Positions 56,743 to 64,000 of a stretch of DNA of 64,000 nucleotides are shown in pieces (position 1 is the stretch's first letter; each line of letters starts with the position of its first letter). The notes beneath the pieces are model-generated. The model did not search any database, was not told the origin of the DNA, and saw nothing but the letters and a program-made list of their open reading frames with translations. The stretch spans positions 309,458 to 373,457 of the forward strand of contig JBFWJS010000003.1 in assembly GCA_050253075.1 (NCBI GenBank), written 5' to 3'. Source of the stretch: Deferribacterales bacterium. Lineage in GTDB: Bacteria; Chrysiogenota; Deferribacteres; Deferribacterales; Geovibrionaceae. The position numbers were made by a program, and so were the translations under genes.

Positions 56743-56785
56743 TACATCTTAAAGTTTTAAAAATTGTCATTATTGGGGGTGACAT

Positions 56786-58036
56786 GTGATTAAATTATTA
56801 GCAGTGTTCGCACTGCTGCCGATATCCGTATGGGCGGGTGAAGCAGCGGTGATAGACAAAACGGACACACTCTGGGTGCTGATATCAGCTACCTTAGTTC
56901 TCTTTATGCTGCCCGGACTTGCGATATTTTATGCAGGTATGGCCAGCAGTAAAAATACTCTGTCGACGATGCTTTACAGTATGGTCTCTATATTCGTAGT
57001 GGGGCTTCTATGGGTGTTCTTCGGGCACTCGATAGCATTTGCTCCGGGCGGAAACGCTTTTATCGGAGGCACGGAGTATCTCTTTTTCAACAATGTGATG
57101 ACGGCTGTCAGAGGCAGTATACCCGAGCCTATATTCGCTATGTTTCAGGGGATGTTCGCCATCATTACATGCGCTCTCCTCAGCGGTTCTATCGTAGAGA
57201 GGGTAAAGTTTAATGCTTTCGTCGTTTTCATCGCTGTATGGTCTTTGCTCGTTTATGCTCCTCTGGCGCACTGGGTATGGGGCGGAGGCTTCCTCGGGAG
57301 CTGGGGCGCACTCGATTTCGCAGGGGGGATAGTGGTTCACTTCTCTTCTGCCGTGGCTGCATTTGTTTTTATCAAAATGCTCGGCAACAGAAACGGCTTC
57401 CCTAGAACTCAGTTCCTTCCGCACAACCTTATGCTGACAGTTTTCGGCACGGGGCTTCTGTGGTTTGGCTGGTTCGGCTTTAATGCGGGGAGCGCACTCG
57501 CAGTGAATGACGTGGCTTTCACGGCATTCGTGAACACGTTCATCGCAGGATGCGCAGGCGGTCTGGCGTGGACATTGATGGAGTATAAGGGCGGAAAGCC
57601 CACGGCTCTCGGTATATCCTCGGGTATCATCGCAGGTCTCGCATCCATCACAAACGCCGCAGGTTTTGTAACACCGCCCATCGCTCTGCTCATAGGCTTA
57701 GGCGGCGGGGTGTTTTGTTATCTGGCTGTCTTTTTAAAGTTTAAGCTGAAGTACGACGACTCCCTCGATGTTATCGGTATCCACGGTGTGGGCGGTGTCT
57801 GGGGTGCTCTGGCTACTGGACTTTTCGCTTCGATAGGCGGAACAGGGCTCTTCTACGGCAATTTTAATCAGCTTGTGGTTCAGCTCGGCTCACTCGGTGT
57901 TACTCTTGTTTACACTGTCGTGGTGACTGTTGTGATACTGAAGGTGATAGACTCTGTCATCGGACTGAGAGTGGCTCAGGACGAGGAGAGACAGGGGCTC
58001 GACCTTTCCCAGCACGGCGAATCTGCATATAACTGA
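56786..58036 (+). CDS. amt: Ammonium transporter
   Basis: FQGMFAIIT, HWVWGGG, DFAGGIVVH, LLWFGWFGFNAGS, DDSLDV..IHG. Confidence 0.96.
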   Translation: MIKLLAVFALLPISVWAGEAAVIDKTDTLWVLISATLVLFMLPGLAIFYAGMASSKNTLSTMLYSMVSIFVVGLLWVFFGHSIAFAPGGNAFIGGTEYLFFNNVMTAVRGSIPEPIFAMFQGMFAIITCALLSGSIVERVKFNAFVVFIAVWSLLVYAPLAHWVWGGGFLGSWGALDFAGGIVVHFSSAVAAFVFIKMLGNRNGFPRTQFLPHNLMLTVFGTGLLWFGWFGFNAGSALAVNDVAFTAFVNTFIAGCAGGLAWTLMEYKGGKPTALGISSGIIAGLASITNAAGFVTPPIALLIGLGGGVFCYLAVFLKFKLKYDDSLDVIGIHGVGGVWGALATGLFASIGGTGLFYGNFNQLVVQLGSLGVTLVYTVVVTVVILKVIDSVIGLRVAQDEERQGLDLSQHGESAYN

Positions 58037-58048
58037 TATTTCTGATCT

Positions 58049-58078
58049 AAAGCCCTGCGGAAATCCTGCGGGGCTTTT
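58049..58078 (+). terminator. Intrinsic terminator after amt
   Basis: AAAGCCCTGCGG-aaat-CCTGCGGGGCTTTT. Confidence 0.75.
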
Positions 58079-58191
58079 CTATTTTTTATTTCATAAAACT
58101 GACAAATCTCTTAAAAAATATGCCCATAATAATATAAGTTTGTCCGTTGATTATAATCTGTATTTAAGCTAAATTACTATGGGGTTTAGAT

Positions 58192-58962
58192 ATGAAAATT
58201 TTGCTGGCTAACGACGACGGTATTTATTCCGAAGGAATTTACGCACTTTATAAAGAACTGAGCAAGATAGCCGAGGTTACGGTTGTCGCTCCTATTACGG
58301 AGCAGTCTGCCGTGGGGCATGCTATCACGATAGCCGACCCTCTCAGGGTCACAGAGTTTTATAAATTCGGCGAATTCTTCGGCTACGGCATAAAGGGTAC
58401 ACCCGCCGACTGTGTGAAGATAGCCGTCAGCGACATCATGAAGGATAAGCCAGACCTTGTTGTTTCGGGGATAAATCACGGAGCAAACCTTGCTTCGAAT
58501 GTGATATATTCAGGTACGGTCTCTGCCGCCACAGAGGGAGCCATGCTCGGCGTTCGCTCGATAGCTGTCAGTCTCTGTACGAAAGAGAAGTTCGACTTTA
58601 CACCTTCTGCCCATGTAGGCAGATATTTTGCGGATTATTTGTACAGGTCGGCACTGCCGAACAATACTGTACTGAACATAAACGTTCCTGCTTTGTCTAA
58701 AGAAGAGATAAAGGGATGGCGCTTTGCCAAGCAGGGGAGCAGCCGATTCCTTGACACCTTTGCCAAACGTGAGGATCCCAGAGGGGGCAGCTATTACTGG
58801 CTCGTCGGGGAAAAGAGGGAAAACGGCGAGATATCTCCGGAAAGTGATGAATTCATGCTGGAGCACGGATTTGTCAGCGTTACGCCTCTTATGTTTGATA
58901 TGACGGATCATGGGATGTATGATCAATTAAAAGACACGGAGGGTAAGGGTGAGTTTGTTTAG
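58192..58962 (+). CDS. surE: 5'/3'-nucleotidase SurE
   Basis: LLANDDG, VVAP..EQSA, GTPADCV, SGINHG.N, YSGTVSAA.EG. Confidence 0.96.
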   Translation: MKILLANDDGIYSEGIYALYKELSKIAEVTVVAPITEQSAVGHAITIADPLRVTEFYKFGEFFGYGIKGTPADCVKIAVSDIMKDKPDLVVSGINHGANLASNVIYSGTVSAATEGAMLGVRSIAVSLCTKEKFDFTPSAHVGRYFADYLYRSALPNNTVLNINVPALSKEEIKGWRFAKQGSSRFLDTFAKREDPRGGSYYWLVGEKRENGEISPESDEFMLEHGFVSVTPLMFDMTDHGMYDQLKDTEGKGEFV

Positions 58963-59077
58963 AAAATTCATACTTGCTGTTCTTGTTGTGTCAGCATTCA
59001 GCGGTATCGTTGGATGCGAGGGCGGCTGCTCAGACAGCAACCCGACATCACCGGAACAGACTGAGTCAGCAGAATAA
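58949..59077 (+). CDS. 42-aa small lipoprotein (absent from ORF track)
   Basis: MSLFRKFILAVLVVSAFSGIVGCEGGCSDSNPTSPEQTESAE*; GGAGG before the GTG start; fills the surE-TPR gap. Confidence 0.55.
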   Translation: MSLFRKFILAVLVVSAFSGIVGCEGGCSDSNPTSPEQTESAE

Positions 59078-59083
59078 TATACT

Positions 59084-61738
59084 ATGAAGAAAATCTTAAC
59101 GTTTTTACTTGTTGTTTTACTTGTTTCCACTGCATTTGCAGAGGTGAAGGTCCCCGGGTTTGCCTTTACCGGTAAAGAGATATCTGATTTCAGCATCAGA
59201 CCTTCTTTCAGGAATATCTCTGTGTCTTTCAATGTGCGGTCAGATTTCGACACATATCTCCGCCAGCAGAGCTTTCAGCTCAATGCGGGCGAGACGAAAG
59301 ACTATAAGAGCGAAGACCCGGGCGGTGCATACTCAGGCAGTTTCGGAACATCGATATCTTCCGTCTTTGTCGGGGACAAGGCATACCGCAACAACATTGT
59401 AAAAGCGTATCTGGATAAGAGATATCTGGATGTCATCAACTCTTATAATAAATATTATGAGCGTAAGATTAAGGGCACGTCATTTGAGGAAGAGGTAAGG
59501 CTGGTTTATGCTTTTGCCCTTCTTCAGACAGGCTCTATCAGCATATCTATGGACATACTGAAAGATACGGCGATAAACGGCAAAAGCTATAAGACTGTTG
59601 CCTCCGACCGTGTGGTTCAGTATCTCATGGACATCAAAGCCTTTGAGGAGCTCGATATATTCATCGGTTCCCTCGACAGGCTGACACCATACACTCTTTA
59701 CGGATGGCTCTACGGTCTGCTCCAGCTCAACAGATACGACAGACTGGTCAAAGTTTTCGACAAGCATTCCGACATCACAGAGAAAGACAGCCGTTTCTAC
59801 GACTTTTACATCACTGCCAGATACTCTCAGGGCGGGATGGACGACGTAATAAACTCGTCATCCAAAAGCACCGAGAACACAGTCTCCCTCGTGGCTGATG
59901 CATACCTTTTACGAGGCGACGGCAAAGCAGCGGGCGCACTGATATCGGGCATGAAGGAAAGCCCTGTGAAGACAGTGCTGAGGGCTAAATCTGCCGTGCT
60001 GAAGAAAGACCTCGTCCATGCGGGCGAGCTCCTCAGCGAGCTTAGAAACGACGACGATAAGCTGAATCTTTTCTATTACTACGTGGGCAGGACATTTCCG
60101 AAGATGAATCTGGAGTTCCTTTCACAGTTTCGCTTTGAAAACAGGATAAATGCCGATAATCTGAAGTTTTATACAGGCGTGTATTACCTCGCATCCGGCG
60201 ACAGCAAGAGCGCAGTGAGATACCTCGACGCCGTAATATTCAATACAGAGCTGGCAGAGACAGCATACTATTACCGTGGGCTTGCCTATGCCACATTTGA
60301 CATGAAGCGTGCGGAGAGATATTTCCTCAAATATATCGAATCCAGCTCCGATGAAGAGAAGATAACGATAAGCAGATATATGCTAGCGCAGATGGCATAC
60401 ATCGCAGGTAATTATGACGATGCGCTGATGCTCATCACCACATGCAGCACAGACTACTGCAAGCTGTTAAAGTCCAGAATATTCCTTGATAAAGGCGAAT
60501 ACGAGCTCGCATGGAACAATGTGGACGGAGTAAAAGGGGACGATGCCGCCCTTGTACGTGCCACTGTTCTCTTTCATAAAAAATACTATGACAATGCCAT
60601 AGAGCAGATAAAGCTGATGAAGACAAAGAGCAGGGATGCCGACCATCTGCTGATGATCTGCTGGCTGAAAAAAGATAAATTCTATGAGGCGGAAGCCGTC
60701 TTCAGTAAATATAAGAACGACCCTGAATTCGTAAGCACATACCTAGAGCACCTTTTCCTCAGCGGAAAGTACAACGAAGTGCTTAAGCTGACCGAAGGGA
60801 AGCCTGAATACAGCCTGATAAGGGCAAAGTCGCTCTTCTCTCTCGGGCGTTATGTCGACGCTGCGAAGCTGTACGAGGCTATCATATCGGCTGGGCAGCA
60901 CAGCTTTGACGCTTGGAACGGTCTCCTCAGCGTTTATGTTGCCATGAAGGACGATAATAAATTTGCCGACACCGCAAGGCGTATGACAGAGGTTAAGGCG
61001 AACTTTGATAAAAAAGATTTCCTTGTATATCAGACAGCAGTGCAGGCTCTGGATGTTAAAAAAACAAAGCTCGCAACAGTGCTTTTGAATTACTTTTTCG
61101 ATACATTCATGACATCGGCTTATAAGAACGATGCCTATCTTTTGCGCGGTAAGCTCTTCCGTGATACAGGGCGCATACAGCAGTGTCTGAACGATGCGGA
61201 GATCATGCTCGCAGAGGGAAAAAGCGACGACGCACTCTTCCTGAAAGGCGAGTGCCTGCAGTCTACAAAACCAAAGGAAGCCCTGAAGATATTCGAAGGG
61301 ATGACAGAGACATCGGGACGTTTCCGTGACCTAGGCTACAGCAAGCTGATAGAGCTGTATACCGCCCCTAAGGACATACTGAAAGCCGTTAACTATTTCA
61401 AAGGCAAAGACACCGAGAGATACTATGAAGGTATGGATAAATACCTCGCCAGCCTGAGCAAAAAGACTCTGGCGGAGAACAGAACACTGCTCGATCAGAT
61501 GATAGCCGACAGACACCCTGCGGGGCTCGCTGCGGCATATTTCTACATCGGCGTAATACAGTTTAACGAAGAAAAATTTGAGGATGCTGCCATCACGTTC
61601 ATGAAGAGCCACTATCTCTTCCCTACGTCGAAATACAGCGATAAATCCTTAAAGATGACAATAGAATGCTACAAGAAGCTGGGACGTACGGACGACATCC
61701 CTATACTTGAAAAGAAACTCAAAGCAATGAAGAGATAA
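59084..61738 (+). CDS. Large exported TPR-repeat protein
   Basis: Signal peptide; repeats such as AYYYRGLAY and AYFYIGVI; CpoB-like C-terminus (FP.SKY..KSL). Confidence 0.8.
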   Translation: MKKILTFLLVVLLVSTAFAEVKVPGFAFTGKEISDFSIRPSFRNISVSFNVRSDFDTYLRQQSFQLNAGETKDYKSEDPGGAYSGSFGTSISSVFVGDKAYRNNIVKAYLDKRYLDVINSYNKYYERKIKGTSFEEEVRLVYAFALLQTGSISISMDILKDTAINGKSYKTVASDRVVQYLMDIKAFEELDIFIGSLDRLTPYTLYGWLYGLLQLNRYDRLVKVFDKHSDITEKDSRFYDFYITARYSQGGMDDVINSSSKSTENTVSLVADAYLLRGDGKAAGALISGMKESPVKTVLRAKSAVLKKDLVHAGELLSELRNDDDKLNLFYYYVGRTFPKMNLEFLSQFRFENRINADNLKFYTGVYYLASGDSKSAVRYLDAVIFNTELAETAYYYRGLAYATFDMKRAERYFLKYIESSSDEEKITISRYMLAQMAYIAGNYDDALMLITTCSTDYCKLLKSRIFLDKGEYELAWNNVDGVKGDDAALVRATVLFHKKYYDNAIEQIKLMKTKSRDADHLLMICWLKKDKFYEAEAVFSKYKNDPEFVSTYLEHLFLSGKYNEVLKLTEGKPEYSLIRAKSLFSLGRYVDAAKLYEAIISAGQHSFDAWNGLLSVYVAMKDDNKFADTARRMTEVKANFDKKDFLVYQTAVQALDVKKTKLATVLLNYFFDTFMTSAYKNDAYLLRGKLFRDTGRIQQCLNDAEIMLAEGKSDDALFLKGECLQSTKPKEALKIFEGMTETSGRFRDLGYSKLIELYTAPKDILKAVNYFKGKDTERYYEGMDKYLASLSKKTLAENRTLLDQMIADRHPAGLAAAYFYIGVIQFNEEKFEDAAITFMKSHYLFPTSKYSDKSLKMTIECYKKLGRTDDIPILEKKLKAMKR

Positions 61739-61754
61739 GAATAGGAGGATCTTT

Positions 61755-62372
61755 ATGCTTGAATTCAATATGGAGCTGATAGAAAAAGGCGGGGTGCTTA
61801 TGTATCCTATCATCATTCTGTCTGTGCTCTCACTTGCTATATTCCTCGAGAGGCTGGTGACGCTGCGCACCCAGAGATATGCCCCTCATGACTTCGCCGA
61901 AAAGGTGAAAAATGCCCTTAAGGCAAAAGACACCACAGAGGCTATATCCCTTTGTGAACTGAACGAATCCGCACTTGCGAAAGTATGCGGAGACATACTG
62001 AAAAACCTCGACCTGCCGCTTCAGAGACTGATGGAGACAGCAGAGGAATCAGGCAGATATCAGGCTAACAAGCTCACACGTTTTCTTCCGTCGCTTCAGG
62101 CGATAGCGAGCATTGCGCCCCTTATGGGTCTGCTCGGTACCGTTATCGGTATGATCAAGACATTCGTTGTCATCGGACAGCAGGGTGTCGGTAATGCACA
62201 GGCTCTCGCTGGCGGTATATCCGAAGCACTCATCACGACTGCTGCGGGTCTTTCCGTTGCGATACCTACCGTCGTGTTTTACTACATCATACGCTTCCGC
62301 TCCCAGAGAGTGACAATAGAGCTGGAAAAGGCTGCTACAGATATCATCAACCAGATATTCAAAGAGGCTTAA
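61755..62372 (+). CDS. MotA/TolQ/ExbB proton channel
   Basis: GG.LMYPI, IAPLMGLLGTVIGMI, GGISEALITTAAGL.VAIP. Confidence 0.93.
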   Translation: MLEFNMELIEKGGVLMYPIIILSVLSLAIFLERLVTLRTQRYAPHDFAEKVKNALKAKDTTEAISLCELNESALAKVCGDILKNLDLPLQRLMETAEESGRYQANKLTRFLPSLQAIASIAPLMGLLGTVIGMIKTFVVIGQQGVGNAQALAGGISEALITTAAGLSVAIPTVVFYYIIRFRSQRVTIELEKAATDIINQIFKEA

Positions 62373-62774
62373 ATGAGATTTTCTGCCAAGGAAGACAAAG
62401 AGAACATAGAGGTAAACCTTACGCCTCTTATCGACGTGGTTTTCCTCCTTTTGATCTTTTTCATGGTGTCCACCACATTCATCTATTCAAACTCGATAGA
62501 TGTTAACCTGCCCGCTGCAAAGGGTGACGAGACAAGCGTGAGTGAAAACATACGTGTCATCCTCACACAGAGCGGAGCGATAAACATCGACGGAACACAG
62601 TTTGCAGAGAATCAGGTGGAAGCTCAGCTCGCTGAGATGAAAAAGAACAAACCTGAAAGCACCGTCATAATAGAAGCTGATAAAAACGTGACCCACGGCA
62701 GGGTCGTTTTTGTCATGGATGCCAGCCGAAAGGCAGGCTTTGAAAAGTTTGCAATAGCTGTCGAAGAGGAATAG
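62373..62774 (+). CDS. ExbD/TolR family protein
   Basis: NLTPLIDVVFLLLIFFMV, VNLP.A, IEADK...VMD...AG. Confidence 0.93.
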   Translation: MRFSAKEDKENIEVNLTPLIDVVFLLLIFFMVSTTFIYSNSIDVNLPAAKGDETSVSENIRVILTQSGAINIDGTQFAENQVEAQLAEMKKNKPESTVIIEADKNVTHGRVVFVMDASRKAGFEKFAIAVEEE

Positions 62775-63491
62775 ATGCTGCTTAGATTTTTGCCTGCACT
62801 GATCATATCTCTCGCCGCGCATTTTCTGCTTCTGGGGAGCATCCCCGGATTTGACCTTATCCTTAAGCCCAGAAAGCGCACGGTAGAGGTGGAGATAGTA
62901 AAGTCCTCCATAAGGGAGCTTCCTCCTGCTCCTGTTACAAAGACGGGCTCCAGCGCAGTCAGCAAAAATGCAGATACAAACATTGCGACAGCTCCGGCAT
63001 TGACCATGCCTGAGATAGATATCCCCGACTTCAGCTCTACATCAGAGCTGGACGTCAAAGTGCCCGAACTGAACGTCAGCAGGCTCGAAAACACCAGCAG
63101 GCTGAAGCCCGATGAAGAGCTCCTGAAAGAGCTTAAATCGTCCTCGGACGAATTTCAGAAGGCGAACAGAGCGGGGGAAGGTATCGAATCAGACGTTACG
63201 GGGAATGACACAAATGCGAAAGACTTCTTCGTCATCAAAAATCTGAACCGCAACAGACGCCTTGCAAACAGTCCGGAGAAGCCGACATTCTCCCTCACCA
63301 CGGACACATCTGTCAGGCTCGGCTTTAAGGTCGACCGTGAGGGGAACACGTACTCTATCATCCTGTTGAACAGCACGGACTCAAAGATAGAGCGTCTTGC
63401 CATTGACTTTGTGAAGAAATTGAAGTTTAATGCCGTTCTGTCGGACGAACCGGAGTCTGCAGAGATAATATTAAATTTCAGAGTTAGATAG
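62775..63491 (+). CDS. TonB/TolA-like energy transducer
   Basis: TM with SxxxH (SLAAH), Pro-rich linker, TonB_C-like C-terminus. Confidence 0.7.
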   Translation: MLLRFLPALIISLAAHFLLLGSIPGFDLILKPRKRTVEVEIVKSSIRELPPAPVTKTGSSAVSKNADTNIATAPALTMPEIDIPDFSSTSELDVKVPELNVSRLENTSRLKPDEELLKELKSSSDEFQKANRAGEGIESDVTGNDTNAKDFFVIKNLNRNRRLANSPEKPTFSLTTDTSVRLGFKVDREGNTYSIILLNSTDSKIERLAIDFVKKLKFNAVLSDEPESAEIILNFRVR

Positions 63492-64000
63492 TGGATAAAA
63501 ACTTAGATAATACATTAGAAAAATACGTCGAACAGCTTATAGAAGAAAGAGGGCAGATCACATTTGCCGAATTCATGGATTTAGCCCTTTATAAAGAGGG
63601 GCTCGGGTATTATCAAAAGCAGAATCCATTCGGACAGCAGGGGAGCTTTTATACATCCGTAAATGCATCCGAATCCTTCGGGCGAACCCTTGCGCGTTCT
63701 TTCATATATATAACAGAGCTTTTGGGGCTGGAGCATCATTTCTGTGAAATGGGCGCAGGCTCAGGTATGCTCGCAAACGATATACTGAACTATGTGAAAG
63801 AGAAAGACCCCGCATTTTACGACACACTCCAATACCATATAATAGAAAAGAGCGGATACCTCATAAACCGTCAGAAAGAGCTGATAGAAAAGGAACACCC
63901 GAATAAGGTGACATGGATACCTTTTGAAGAGCTGAACGATTTCCGAGGCGTATTCTACTCAAATGAGCTGGTGGACGCTTTCCCTGTGCACCGTGTTATC
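63491..64000 (+). CDS. MidA/NDUFAF7-family SAM methyltransferase (N-terminal part, runs off window)
   Basis: ITFAEFMDLALY..GLGYY, FYTS, EMGAGSG, SNELVDAFPVH. Confidence 0.85.
   Translation, partial: MDKNLDNTLEKYVEQLIEERGQITFAEFMDLALYKEGLGYYQKQNPFGQQGSFYTSVNASESFGRTLARSFIYITELLGLEHHFCEMGAGSGMLANDILNYVKEKDPAFYDTLQYHIIEKSGYLINRQKELIEKEHPNKVTWIPFEELNDFRGVFYSNELVDAFPVHRVI

Noticed and set aside
1..64000. CRISPR array, retron or reverse-transcriptase system
   Set aside because: No regularly spaced repeat-spacer array, cas gene or RT motif recognised by eye.

Overview
Bacterial chromosomal window; the gene content suggests an anaerobic respirer, possibly Deferribacterota, but that is inference. 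Left flank (1-16 kb): a TAT-exported molybdopterin oxidoreductase operon with a PAS-PAS-LuxR regulator, LysR, a Pot-type ABC transporter plus GDPD, a TIGR03546/03545-like pair and an AT-rich lipoprotein. The centre is a ~32.4 kb element (16199-48630) integrated in the 3' end of tRNA-Leu(CAG). It is bounded by a 27-bp exact direct repeat and by matched tandem arm-type repeats. Its backbone is a replication-initiator-like gene, xis and a tyrosine integrase, plus a second tyrosine-recombinase-fold protein (possible MobK/MpsA-type relaxase) and a serine recombinase; no phage structural or T4SS genes are visible. Its cargo is mostly defence-like: a large SIR2 protein, AAA-DUF4143 ATPase, two HEPN-motif proteins, Fic, WYL regulator, DUF4011-helicase-nuclease (Hhe-like), and a type I RM system with a PIN gene and an HTH/nucleotidyltransferase pair inserted between hsdS and hsdR. 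Notable unannotated signals are a DriD/PafBC-like WYL activation site driving a small lipoprotein, paired palindromic operators, two leaderless promoters, small ORFs missed by the ORF track and a structured intergenic region. Right flank: housekeeping genes (argS, SPOR, ElbB, sigma-54-driven amt, surE, TPR-ExbB/ExbD-TonB-like cluster). All family assignments come from motif recognition by eye, not database searches.
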